This document shows, piece by piece, positions 14,717 to 27,063 of a stretch of 64,000 bases of DNA (positions are counted from its first letter, which is position 1; each line of letters begins with the position of its first letter). Position numbers and translations under genes: made by a program. This DNA is from Octopus sinensis (Eukaryota), in contig NC_043012.1 of the NCBI RefSeq assembly GCF_006345805.1, positions 11,718,001 to 11,782,000 of the forward strand. The letters run 5' to 3'. The notes beneath the pieces are model-generated. The model made no database searches. It was not told where the DNA came from and saw only the letters and a program-made list of their open reading frames with translations.

Positions 14717-15670
14717 CTGGCAGAAACGTTAGCACGCCGGCCGAAATGCGTAGCCGTATTTCGTCCGCCGTTACATTCTGAGTTCAAATTCCGCCGAGGT
14801 CGACTTTGCCTTTCATCCTTTCGGGGTCGATAAATAAAGTACCGGTTACGCACTGGGGTCGATATAATCGACTTAATCCGTTTGTCTGTCCTTGTTTGTC
14901 CTCCCTGTGTTTAGCCCCTTGTGGGTAGTAAAGAAATAGGCATTTCGTCTGCCGCTACCTTCTGAGTTCAAATTCCGCCGAGGTCGACTTTGCCTTTCAT
15001 CCTTTCGGGGTCGATAAATAAAGTACCGGTTACGCACTGGGGTCGATATAATCGACTTAATCCGTTTGTCTGTCCTTGTTTGTCCTCTCTGTGTTTAGCC
15101 CCTTGTGGGTAGTAAAGAAATAGGCATTTCGTCTGCCGCTACCTTCTGAGTTCAAATTCCGCCGAGGTCGACTTTGCCTTTCATCCTTTCGGGGTCGATA
15201 AATAAAGTACCAGTTACGCACTGGGGTCGATATAATCGATTTAATCCGTTTTTCTGTCCTTGTTTGTCCTCTCTGTGTTTAGCCCCTTGTGGGTAGTAAA
15301 GAATATGCATTTCGTCTGCCGCTTACCTCTGAGTTCAAATTCCGCCGAGTCGACTTTGCCTTTCATCCTTTCGGGGTCGATAAATAAAGTACCAGTTACG
15401 CACTGGGGTCGATATAATCGACTTAATCCGTTTGTCTGTCCTTGTTTGTCCTCTCTGTGTTTAGCCCCTTGTGGGTAGTAAAAGAATAGGCATTTCGTCT
15501 GCCCTACCTTCTGAGTTCAAATTCCGCCGAGGTCGACTTTGCCTTTCATCCTTTCGGGGTCGATAAATAAAGTACCAGTTACCCACTTGGATCGATGTAA
15601 TCGCCTTAATCCCTTTGTCTGTCCTTGTTTGTCCCCTCTATGTTTAGCCCTTTGTGGGCAATTAAGAAAT
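14717..15670 (+). repeat. Tandem pentamer of SINE family B (unit about 183 bp)
   Basis: One head followed by four re-entries at ggcatttcgtc. The whole array is flanked by the direct repeat atatacct (14709-14716 and 15671-15678). Confidence 0.9.
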
Positions 15671-15738
15671 ATATACCTATTTTCCTTGCATTACTGTAAC
15701 ATAGCGTCCGAATTTCGTTTCACTATTACTTATTGATG

Positions 15739-16224
15739 TCTATTATCAAAAAAAAAAAAAAAATCTCATAAAAAGGACCGTCACAAAACGAACATCAAAC
15801 AAACGCACAACGTGCATCAGAAAACGACGATGAGACACGGCCACGGTTTGCAAATCAGCGACGGAAAAGGAAGGTTCGATGTGCATCTGAAACCGAACCT
15901 CAACGAAATGCACGACTTGCAACTAGCAAACAAAGAATGGCAGCTCGGTGTGCAGCAGAAAACGAAGACGAACGACGTGCACGACTTGCAGCTCATCGTC
16001 TTCGAAAAGCATCACGTCGTGTGCAAGAAACAACACAAGAAACTGGGGCCATGCTGGAGCACCGCCTTTAATCGAGCAAATCGACCCCACGACTTATTCT
16101 TTGTAAGCCCAGTACTTATTCTATTGGCCTCTTTAGCCGAACTGCTAAGTTAAAGGGACGTAAACACGCCACCATCGGTTATCAAGCGATTTTGGGGGAC
16201 AAACACACACACACACACACACAT

Positions 16225-16257
<33 letters not shown>

Positions 16258-16537
16258 CATATATAATTTTTCAGTTTCCGTCTACCAAATCCACTCACAA
16301 GGCTTTGGTCGGCCCGAGGCTATAGTAGAAGACGCTTGCCCAAGAGGCCACGCAGTGGGACTGAACCCGGAACCATGTGGTTGGTAAGCTACTTACCACA
16401 CAGCCACTCCTATAGTTTTGTCTTCTAAAAATGCACCCATACTGGAGGAATAAATTATGCATACGATAATACATTCAATGTGGGTCCCGATAATCAGTAA
16501 AAGTAATTACCCGATCAACGATGGGTTCTGCTGTTAG
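15739..16537 (+). mobile_element. Helitron remnant with STPR-like 23-aa repeats, interrupted by a SINE
   Basis: The frame at 15772-16045 encodes SENDDETRPRFANQRRKRKVRCA / SETEPQRNARLATSKQRMAARCA / AENEDERRARLAAHRLRKASRRV. A hairpin acccga...tgggt and a degenerate TTAG end lie at 16509-16537. Confidence 0.6.
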
Positions 16538-16799
16538 TGTTATATATATATATATATATATACTATTATATATATATATATATATTATAGATATATATAT
16601 ATATAGATATATATATAATACTCATTTTTATGAGTAGATTTATCTTCTCTGAGATGTTAATAATCATTTTAAAAACGTTGTATTGTTGGAAAAAACATAT
16701 ATTGTGCTTGGAATCTTACTTCAGATTCATGGAACTCACTCCTATAACTTATAAGGAGGATATTTACACTCTCTAAGAATATATGGAAAACCTATATGT

Positions 16800-16889
16800 G
16801 ATTTAGCTGATGAATACTTGATATTATATTTGCTGTAATATTTGCAGCTTGAAATTAAATGTTTTTAGTACGAAACAATTGTACTAATC
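16800..16889 (+). ncRNA. Type I hammerhead ribozyme motif (Penelope-like element type), intact core
   Basis: ttag-CTGATGA-atact...agtac-GAAAC-AATT-GTA-ctaatc. Stem I is ttag/ctaa, stem II is tact/agta, stem III is the palindrome CAATTG, cleavage triplet GUA. Confidence 0.75.
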
Positions 16890-16919
16890 TACCGATCCAT
16901 TCTTGTTGCTTTTTTCTTG

Positions 16920-16955
<36 letters not shown>

Positions 16956-17084
16956 CTTGGTTCCTGCTCTGTGTTATTTTGATTGATGGCATGCAGTTTG
17001 GTTTTGACCCCCGTCACTGACCTTCTTAATATGAACTCTAAATGTCTCTGAGCGCCCTCAGCTCCCAATGCAATCGTCGCTTTG

Positions 17085-18646
17085 AGAAGGAACAAAGGAA
17101 ATCAGTTAAGAAGCCATGGGTGACAGAAGAAATGTTTGGAAAGATGGAAGAGAGCAGACAGTAGAAGATAAACTCCGCAGACGGAGAGAGGATGTGTAGT
17201 AAAATTATCAATGAGCTGAGAAGAGAAATAAATCGTGCTGGAAGGAAATACTGAAGAGATGCGTGTAAGGAAATAAAAGAGATGGAAAGAGCTGGGTTAA
17301 TGAACAGACTATATCAAAAGGGGAAGAAACTCAATTGCGCAAAAGACCATGAATATCCTCAACAAGCAAAGTGAAACCGTTACTAAATCAGATGAAGTCA
17401 GCAAGAGGTGGGAAGAGTATATTGAAGATCCCAACTTTAATGATAACAAACCTCGAGCGATTCCCATGGAATATGACAGGGAGCCTTTGTACTGTGTGAC
17501 AAAGCAGGTAAGGAAAGATCTTAAGAAGGGTAAAAATGAAAGGAAAGATTGGATACCTGCAGAGATACAGAGTTCAGAAGTGATACAGGTGCTGATGAGC
17601 CTAAGCAAAAAAGTCTACAAATCTGGTATATGGTCATAAAAATTTTTGAAAAGCATCATATTGCCCCTCCAGGAAAAAAAGGCCAATTGCCAGAAATGTG
17701 AAGGTCACCGCAAAATAAACCTCATATCCCATGTATCCAAAACTAGTGTTGAAGGCTGAGGGCCAAAGCAGAGGGATTCATCAGGAGAGACCAATTTGGT
17801 TTCAAGAAACGGATGGGGACAAGAGAGGCAATCACTGTTGTGAGAACTTTAGGAGGGCAGAGCGTTAAGATTGATCAGCAAGTCTTTGTTGACTATGAGT
17901 AAGCTGTCGATGGACTTGATTGGAAAAAAAACCTGATGAGTTTACTCAAAAATCTGGGAGTAGATTAGAGAGAAAGGTGACTGACACAGTGGATTTGGTA
18001 GACGGAAAAGAAAGAAGCCCGTCGTATATATGTATATATATATATATATAATATATATATATAATATATATATATATATATGTGTGTGTATGTTTGTGTG
18101 TTTGTGTTTGTCCTCCCAACATCGCTTGATAACCGATTGCTAGTGTGTTTATGCCCCGTAACTTAGCGGTTCGGCAAAAGAGGCCGATAGTATAAGTACT
18201 AGACTTACAAAGAATAAGTCCTGTGGTCTATTTGCTCGACTAAAGGCGGTGCTCTAGCATGGCCACAGTCAAATGACTGAAACAAGTAAAAGAGTAAGAG
18301 TACTATTCACCAAAGGCCTGAAGAATGACCCGAAGAAGAAGCTGGCGAAAACACAAGCAAGGAGCTTGCTACTCAGAAACGTGACCCATCAAGAAGATTA
18401 GGAAACTGGAGATTTGTGAAATGTAGTTCTGGGATAAATGGAGAAAAAAATCTGTTGTACTATCCATGTGGAGCAACAAAGAAAGGCTTAGAAGAATTGG
18501 AGGTGTAATGTTTCATGGATGCCATGTGAAGAAATATTATGAGGTCAGAGAGGCCTTTATGTCCAGTGATAAAGGGGAGATGCAGAAAAGACCGAGAGAG
18601 AGAAGAGCGATGACGGTAGAGGATATTACGCAGAGACGACCCATTA
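17085..18646 (+). pseudogene. Degraded RTE-type LINE reverse transcriptase fragment (SINE inserted at 17985-18300)
   Basis: Remnants KPWVTEE, KRWEEYIE, KINLISHVSK, DQFGFKKRMGTREAI and FVDYE, with stops and frameshifts. Confidence 0.8.
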
Positions 18647-18746
18647 NNNNNNNNNNNNNNNNNNNNNNNNNNNNNNNNNNNNNNNNNNNNNNNNNNNNNN
18701 NNNNNNNNNNNNNNNNNNNNNNNNNNNNNNNNNNNNNNNNNNNNNN
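18647..18746. other. Assembly gap (100 N)
   Basis: Run of exactly 100 N, with unrelated LINE fragments on either side. Confidence 0.99.
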
Positions 18747-18764
18747 CTAGCTTTCAATAGACTT

Positions 18765-19680
18765 TCAGGTGCTTAGAACCCTCCAGATAATGTTTTTTGT
18801 CCTTAAGTGGCAAACTTTCTATAAAAGCACTGCAGGACATTCTCTTCGAATCTCCTTCAACCATTTGTCTATATCTTTGCTTACAGTTCCCAATGCACTA
18901 ATTATTATAATTATTAGACACAAGGTTTACATTCTTCATATTCCAAATTCCTGTAATTTCAAATTTTAAGGGACTGTATTTCTTTTGTTCTTCGTCTTCT
19001 TTCTGTACGATCCTGGAATCAAACCGGCATTATAGATCAATAAGGGAGCAACTTTGTTTTTCCTTGTCTATTATTGTCATGTCTGATATATTATTTTCTA
19101 GCTTCCTGTCCGTTTGGATAGGAAAATCCCACAAAATCTTACAATTCTCCGACTCCAGCACTCTTTTGACTGATGCTCATTCTATGTGTCTCCAACTTCA
19201 AATATATATTCCTGGAAAAGCTTCCAGTGTAAAGCTTTTACAAATTTATCATGCCTCCATTTCTTATATTTCTCCCGTGCAAGTTTGAGACATTTTGCAA
19301 CAATATGTGTCACTCTTTCGTTCCAAGTTCCACAGATTCTACGTTTTTTCTGACACATCCTCCCCTATACATTTTTTCAAGTTGTTTGTTTTTATCGCTT
19401 GATCTGGGCTGCTACTATTAGGCCCTTTGTTTCTTTTTTTATAAATTCTCTTTTTTTTTTTACCCAAGCCCAAGATTTATTCCACGTACATTTCCAGTGG
19501 CTTCCCAAAATTGACCATGCAGAGGTTTCTCTTTAATCAGTCTAACGTACTCTCTTTGAATTTCATTCTTGTCCTTTTATCTTATTCTGTACTGGATCAT
19601 CTGTTCCTTATCCACTGTCTTTAGTAGTCTCTCTCAGTGCTGTTCTGTAAATATTCTAGTAGACTTTTTTCTTTCCTTCT
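18765..19680 (-). pseudogene. R4/Dong-clade non-LTR retrotransposon 3' region (CCHC plus RLE endonuclease)
   Basis: Remnants KPLHGQF, RICGTWNERVTHIVAKC, KILWDFPIQTDRKL and ISALGTVSK...RVLST*. Confidence 0.8.
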
Positions 19681-19715
19681 GTACACACAGGTCGAATATT
19701 TGATGTCAAGTAACC

Positions 19716-20125
19716 CTTCAAGGGACGCTTGAGACATACCAGCGTTCGTCCACTTATGTGCTGTCAGACGGGCTTGTCCAAGGTGTGCGCAGAGTGACGA
19801 AACCGTTCTGCACGCCCTCGTTCAGTGTCCGGTCATTGCTGATTTGTGGGGTTGTGCCGAACAGCTGCTGTCACGTGTGGGACGGATTCGTCTATCGGCT
19901 GAGTCTGTAGTGATGACTGCTCCGCCGCCCTCCTTCAGTCTGGCAGAAAAGGCAGTTTCTCTTTGCCTGGTGGCCGTGGCCAAAGAGACTGGTGGACAAG
20001 GCCGAAAGGCATGAGGACAGATACATTCCTCTTTGGTAGAGCTCTCATTGACTTCTTCAAGTTCCACTTGAAAAGGAAATTGAGGGTAGAGAGGGAAGTA
20101 CTGTCCTCGAGTGATTCCTCACCCA
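19716..20125 (+). pseudogene. L1/Tx1-clade ORF2 3' fragment
   Basis: CPRCA..DETVLH remnant and LIDFFKFHLKRKLRVEREVLS; homologous to 31920-32400. Confidence 0.8.
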
Positions 20126-20567
20126 AAATGTCAGGCCTTGATCCGATAATCTTATAATAATTCTACTTGTCATTATGTTACTTAGCCCATTTGTAACGCT
20201 TTCATGTGATTAGAAAAAATGAGGGAGAAAGAAAAGAGGGAGAGAGAAAAAGAGGATTAGACGAAGAGTGAGGCAGAAAGAGAGAGAAAGAAAAAGAGAG
20301 AGAAAAAAGGGAGAGAGAAGCGTCCATGACTTGTGGTAGGGAGAACGTAATCTTTATTACGTGGTTAAAAAAGGTAGTTGAAAGTAGTGATATAGAGGAG
20401 AGTTATGAATATAACTTAAGGAGAAGGGTGATGTTCTGATGGTGAGATTAAAGAAAGGCAATGAGAGAGAGAGAGAGAGAGAGAGAGAGGGGAAAGGGAG
20501 ATGATGGTGGTAGTGGTGGAGGTGGCGATGGTGAGTGTATATTTAAAAGTTATTTTTTTATGTCACA

Positions 20568-20985
20568 GGCGCAGGAGTGGCTGTGTGGTAAGTAGCTTGC
20601 TAACCAGCCACATGGTTCCTGGTTCAGTCCCACTGCGTGGCATCTTGGGCAAGTGTCTTCTGCTATAGCCCCGGGCCGACCAATGCCTTGTGAGTGGATT
20701 TGGTAGACGGAAACTGAAAGAAGCTGTTGGTTATAAGTAATATATATGTATATATGTGTATGTGTGTGTGTTTGTGTGTGTTTGTTTGTCCCCCCAGCAT
20801 TGCTTGACAACCGATGCTGGTGTGTTTACGTCCCCGTCACTTAGCGGTTTGGCAAAAGAGACCGATAGAATAAGTACTGGGCTTACAAAGAATAAGTCCC
20901 GGAGTCAATTTGCTCGACTAAAGGTGGTGCTCCAGCATGGCTGCAGTCAAATGACTGAAACAAGTAAAAGAGTAAAAGAGTAAAA
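20568..20985 (+). mobile_element. SINE family A (tRNA-derived head, internal (TA)n/(TG)n, CR1-like tail); representative full copy
   Basis: Head has A/B-box-like motifs (gtggctgtgtggt...ggttcagtccc). Further copies at about 4612+, 4852-5250(-), 7185-7890, 12135-12500, 16046-16412(-), 21595-21990(-), 23979-24345, 28560-29080, 29620-30035(-), 35014-35465, 45415-45800(-), 54070-54400, 56545-57020 and 63301-63795. Confidence 0.92.
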
Positions 20986-21019
20986 GAGAGCTATCACTTA
21001 ACGCAGGCGCATCCCAAAC

Positions 21020-21276
21020 TTGCCAATCACTCTAGAAAGAAACTAGTTTCCAGTTCACTATCAATGACTATCAATAAATCACAAATGCAGACATTTGTTA
21101 AAGTGGGGCTGTTCTTGCCTGAACCTGTATTCGGCCGTGGTCAGCTTTGTGTTGCATCCTTAAGGGCCCGCAATTTATCTAATGTAAGGGTTAAGGTTAT
21201 CAACACTGATAATCAAGGGAAAAGAAGAGGGGGTACTTTCACGAAGAAAATATTCTGCAAAGAAGTACTGGATTGA
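21020..21276 (+). pseudogene. Helitron Pif1-family helicase C-terminal fragment
   Basis: MTINKSQMQTFVKVGLFLPEPVFGRGQLCVASLRA...KEVLD* is a degenerate form of AMTINKSQGQT...VFSHGQLYVALSR. Confidence 0.85.
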
Positions 21277-24200
21277 AAGTTGTATGCAAATTGAAATGTG
21301 TATTGGTTCTGACCCATCGCCTTGGCTTATAAGTTACCAACAATGTGGTTTTCATGTGCCATGTTACATTAAATTTTTACCCTCGCGAAATTGTGGCCCC
21401 TATATTTTACTTATAAAATAATTTTTTTCTGTACAATTTTTGTTTCCCAATATGAAATTACGACTAGGTAAATTTTAAAACATAATTTTTTCTGTTTATA
21501 GGAATAATGTAAAAATAAAAGTGAATACTTATTTTATGAGTGCTGTGTATCAAAATCTATAAAATTGTGCATAATATAATATATATATATTGTTCTTTTA
21601 TTTGTTTCAGTCATTTGACTACGGCCATACTGGAGCGCCGCCTTTAGTCGAGCAATTCGACCCCAGAACGTATTCGTTGTAAGCCTAGTATTTATTCTAT
21701 CGGTATCTTTAGCTGAACCGCTAAGTTACGGGGACGTAAACACACTAGCTTCGGTTGTCAAGTGATGTTGGAGGGACAAACACAGACAAAAACACACACA
21801 CACACGCACGCACACACACACACACGAATACGACGGGCTTCTTTCAGTTTACGTCTACCAAATCCATTCAAAAGGCTTGGGTCGGCCCGAGGCTATAGTA
21901 GAAGACACTTGCCCAAGATGCCACGCAGTGGGACTGAACCCGGAACCATGTGGCTAGGAAGCAAGCTACTTACCACAAGCCTCTCCTGCACATATATATA
22001 TACATATATAACATATATGTGTGTATATATATATGTATATATATATATATATATAAATATAATATATATATATATATATATATATAAATACACCACAACA
22101 CCACACACACACACACACACACAAAATATATAATATATATATATAATATATATATATAATGTGCATTATGCAATCATCGTATTTCAATTTCCTTCACTTT
22201 TCAATGAATAGCAGACGAGCGACTATCTTTCAATACAAACGCAACAGAGGCTACACTTTCAGTTTTTTTTTCTTGTTAAAGTTTTCAGGGATAACCCAAT
22301 AGGTCTACTATTGATTCAGTGAAATATTCACGGGTGCCGCTAGTACTATGAATAATTACAGCAACAACAGCAGCAGCAGCAGCAGTAGTCGTAGTACTAT
22401 AAACAAGTAATTGTACTTGAGTCTATCCGATAAAATATTGGTGTGTGTGGTGGGGGAATGAATGGTGCGATCGATTACTCCTTCCTTCAAATTCCCACCG
22501 TGCTAACGACTCTGCCAGCTCTCCGCCTCGCTACCTACTTATATTGGAAGGAAGTTTTTTAGATTATACACAGTGTAAAAAACCACAAACTAACCTGTTA
22601 TATTTTTCCTGGGGTTGAGAAGTCCATTTTCACATTTTCTGAATATATTTGTCTCCGCATGTCACCAGTGAAATAATTCAATGAATTAAGAGGGGAGAAG
22701 AAAATATCATAAAACAGTTTTAAAATAATAAAAATTGTCTTTTTCTTCCCTGTGTATTGCTTTCCTCTGTAGTATTTGTTGGTATTGATTAACTAAAGAA
22801 CATTGCTCGGTGTTAACCTAGTGTTTGTTTAAGAAACCAAAGTAAATTAAGGAACAGATGTCAAGTTTAAATGTCCGACTTTTTATCTTCCTAGACAAAC
22901 GTTGTGTAAACGTTGTAGCAGTCATCATCATCAGTATTATCGCTGTTATGATTATCATCATCATCATCACCATCATCAACATTACCACTACTAGCATCGT
23001 CATCGTTAGCATTTTCATCGTCATCGTCGTTACCATCACTACCGTAACAGCATCATTATCATCGTCGCAGTCACAAGCATCATCATTGTTATATTGAGTT
23101 GCTTACTTCCAATGCTTGTCCAGAAGTCTTTCTATTGAATTTTTCCATCACTTCCCTTTGCTGCAGTTCTATATTATTCTTATTCTTATTTTCATTATAC
23201 TTCAGTGGTTCATAGAAATTCTTGCCCTTTTATTTATAAACATTCCTTTTTGTTTATACTTTATTGGAAAATTATATCGACTTCCTGTACTTGTTTGGTA
23301 CTTTGTTAGAAGGTTGAACAGTAAAGTTGACTTCGGTAGGATTCGAACTCAGAACATAAACGTCTATAACTAATTACTGCAGGTACTGTGTTTCACTCCC
23401 TGACGATTCTTCTCATTCACCGTCCGTGTAGATGTCTATTGTTCTTCTTTTTTCTTGATGCTTTTTATTATTTCTGTTACACCACTGAGGCGGCGAGCTG
23501 GCAGAAACGTTAGCACGCCGGGCGAAATGCGTAGCCGTATTTCGTCTGTTGCTACGTTCTGAGTTCAAATTCCGCCGAGGTCAACTTTGCCTTTCATCCT
23601 TTCGGGGTCGATTAAATAAGTACCAGTAACGCACTGGGGTCGATATAATCGACTTAATCCGTTTGTCTGTCCTTGTTTGTCCTCTCTGTGTTTAGCCCCT
23701 TGTGGGTAATAAAGAAATAGGTATTTCGCCCGTCTCTACGTTCTGAGTTCAAATTCCGCCGAGGTCGACTTTGCTTTTCATCCTTTCGTGTCGATAAATT
23801 AAGCACAAGTTGAGTAATGAGTTCGATGTAATCGGCTGTCCCTCTCCTCCAAATTTCAGGCCTTGCGCCTATAGTAGAAAGGATATCTATTCCGGCTCTT
23901 TACATTCAGATACAAAATTCTGCTGAGATCTACTTTGCCATTCATCCTTCTGAGATAGATAAAATAAAATACCAATCAGGCGCAAGAGTGGCTGTGTGGT
24001 ATGTAGCTTGCTTACCAACCACATGGTTCCGGGTTCAGTCCCACTGCGCGGCACCTTGGGCAAGTGTCTTCTACTATAGCCTCGGGCCGACCAAAGCCTT
24101 GTGAGTGGATTTGTTAGACGGAAACAGAAAGAAGCCCGTCGTATATATGTGTGCATGTTTGTGTGTCTGTGTTTGTCCCTCCCCCCCCCCAACATCACTT

Positions 24201-25145
24201 GACAACCGATGCTAGTGTGTTTACGTCCCCGTAACTCGGCGATTCGGCAAAAGAGACCGATAGAATAAGTACTAGGCTTACAAAGAATAGTCCTGGGGTC
24301 AATTTATTCGACTAAAGGCGGTCAAATGACTGAAACAAGTAAAAAAAAAAAAAATGTAATTGACTGTTCCCCTCAATTAGAATTCTTGAGGCTGGTTCTA
24401 AGAAAACTATTATTCCTATTACATATAGCACAACTTTTTGTTTTAATTCACATTCCATTTACTGGGTGTAGTGGGATCAACTTTATTCCCACTACATGAC
24501 CAAATGTCTTCCACCGTATATTTGGGTCGACAAAGCGAAATTCGGCTGTTGGAAACTGGAGAATCTTTTTGGAGTCCGTATTCCTATTCTTGTTTAATAG
24601 ACTTGTCACCTGTTTTAACATTTCCGTATTTCCCATGGATGCTTTTAAAGGGTCAATTAATCAGCTTCCACTAATACAGAAATTCCGAATAAACAGACGT
24701 TATCTCCCTACTCTGGCAAAGCAATTAAATAATATTAAAAGATTCTGTTCTTATTTTATTATATTCTTGGAGGAAAATTGTGTATGTTTGCTTGACTATT
24801 TTTGAGAACCCTGAATAACTTTTCTTAATGCAAAGACTAAGTTAAAATTTCTATATGAATACATATAGAATAAAATCAAAAAATATGTTGGTTGTGAAAC
24901 ATTAAAAGTAACTGTTTTCTGTATATGAAGAAATATAAAAAGAAAAGAAAGAAAAAAACACAGAGAGAAATTAAAGATAATTATAAAGAAAGAGAATCTC
25001 ATTGTGTGGAGGCTACACTTAAGCTTCAAAATGAGGCTGCAGAGTTTGATGGTAAGGGTGTACAAAGAGGGGTCACTGCATGGTCAATACTTGCAAAACC
25101 TGAACGAAATAGAAGTAAAATAAGAAAAATAGAAACGTTACTTGA

Positions 25146-25176
<31 letters not shown>

Positions 25177-25272
25177 TGTATGTATGCATGCATTTATGTT
25201 TGTATGTATGTACGTATGTATGTAAGTACCTATGTACATATATATGTGTGTATGTATACATATATGTGTGTG

Positions 25273-25475
25273 TCTATTAAATAAAATCCGTTCTGTCTGT
25301 CTGTGTGTGTGTCTTCTAGGATCTCGGGCATCCTCCATCCGATTGCGCTCAAATTTGATATGTAGATACCGACGGTATCAGGGCGTGTATAAGTCTTGAA
25401 ACAATTACAAACATCGATTCCAGGTGAGAATACGATCGATAAAGCCGTGGGAACGTGCATTTGTACGCGAAAATA
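25273..25475 (+). mobile_element. Helitron 5' end fragment
   Basis: tctattaaataaaatccgttctgtctgtctgtgtg...ccatccgattgcgctcaaattt, a typical Helitron 5' layout. Confidence 0.55.
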
Positions 25476-26099
25476 TATATAAATATATATAATCCGTTCA
25501 TCTAGATTTACCTCCAGCTAACTCATTTGCATGCATCGTTTTTGTCCTGCTTTTCTTCCGTACATAACTGCACCTTCCATATTTTTATGTTACTTGCTTC
25601 AGACATTGGACTGCGCCCATACTGGGTCACAAACTTGGAAACTTTTATTCCAAGTAATCGATTTTATAGTTAAAGGATTAAGTTAACGGATACTGCATTA
25701 AGCGCAGTATCCAAACCTTGTTTCAGAGTAAGTTGTGTCTTCGCGGAGCACGTTCACCACTTATGGCTATCAGGCGTCATCAGCGATGGTTTGTATTCAC
25801 CGTTGGATCAACTTCCAGGAATTCCTAGGTGCACGTATGGTATATATTAAAGATTAATAGAGAAAACGGAGTGTACGAAAAAGCAATTTATTATCAAGAC
25901 AATTGTTTCGTCTTCATTATCCACTGCTCCTTATTGGGCGTGAAACGGTGCATTAACACCAGATGCGCACAGTGCAAAGAAGACTCCTCGGGTGGCACGA
26001 TATGTTTTTACGTGCGGGGATTTACATTTCAGTTTCGCTGCATTGAGAGAGCCTATCAGTTCGGGTGGATATATAGAATACTGGTCCATGAAGGTAAGA

Positions 26100-26372
26100 T
26101 CAATAAATATCCTCCCACAGGACCTGAGAGACATGTATGGGGTGGATGCAGATGTCTTTAAAATAAACCTGGACCTTTTCCTATCAGGTGTCCCAGATGA
26201 ACCAACATCACACAGGAGGTGCAGATGAGGGTAGCTGCATCAAACTCTCTCATGCACCAAATGTCAATTGCTAAAAAGCATTCGTGAAATAAAATCATGT
26301 AGCAACACCGAATGGCGGTGCCCCAGCATGGCCACAGCTCGTGAACTGAAACTAGATGAAATGAAAAATAAA
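26100..26372 (+). mobile_element. CR1-type LINE 3' end
   Basis: NILPQDLRDMYGVDADVFKINLDLFLSGVPDEP...AASNSL followed by the tail ggcggtgccccagcatggccacag...ctgaaac. Confidence 0.75.
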
Positions 26373-26964
26373 GTACTCCATCTTGGTGACAGATAAGTAT
26401 TGATGCAATGAAAATGAGCCAGACAGCATTTTATAGCCCGAGGATTGCGTGAAGGCACCAGATGTGTTATAAATGCTGTTTTCATCGCATGAAACTTTTA
26501 GTAGCTCATAAAAGTAAATACTGTGTCTATCAAACAGTAATAAAGGATTCTTTTGACGAATGAAAATGATTCTGTTGCTTTTTTACAATATCCACTACAG
26601 CCAACACCAACGGTCACCCTAACCGTCACCAGTTTCCAACAACAAATTTCTTTCACCTCACTATGACTGCTAGCATCATAATTGCCGCTTCTAAGGCCAC
26701 AACGCACACACACACACTTACACACATATAACTGCATATTATAGTATAAATCTCTATACTGCGCGTATCAGAATATTCAGAACCAATCTGTTGAGACTTA
26801 GCTTAGGAAATCTCGCTAAATCTCTATCTCCCCTCTTCTCTTTCTCCCTACACTTTCACCTGAGCAGCTGTATTGCTGTCCAGTCGCAAGCTGTTTCGCA
26901 AACAAATAAAACACACAAACGTACGCACATACGTTATACCTAGATACACTTACACACACACATA

Positions 26965-26997
<33 letters not shown>

Positions 26998-27025
26998 TAC
27001 ATGTATATGTAAATGCATGCATGTG

Positions 27026-27063
<38 letters not shown>

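Larger units (their letters stand above)
14646..17049. mobile_element. TIR element with perfect 47-bp inverted repeats and nested insertions
   Basis: 14646-14692 (agagacatttagagttcatattaagaaggtcagtgacgggggtcaaa) is the exact reverse complement of 17003-17049. Confidence 0.7.

Noticed and set aside
14717-15670. CRISPR-like array
   Set aside because: The units are contiguous 183-bp SINE bodies with no unique spacers, in a eukaryotic context with no cas genes.
18466-18969. Continuous element or ORF across the N run
   Set aside because: The gap is of unknown size, and the flanks are different LINE clades in opposite orientation.
25700-25795. Minus-strand CTGATGA...GAAAC spacing suggesting a hammerhead
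   Set aside because: Stems I and II do not pair convincingly.
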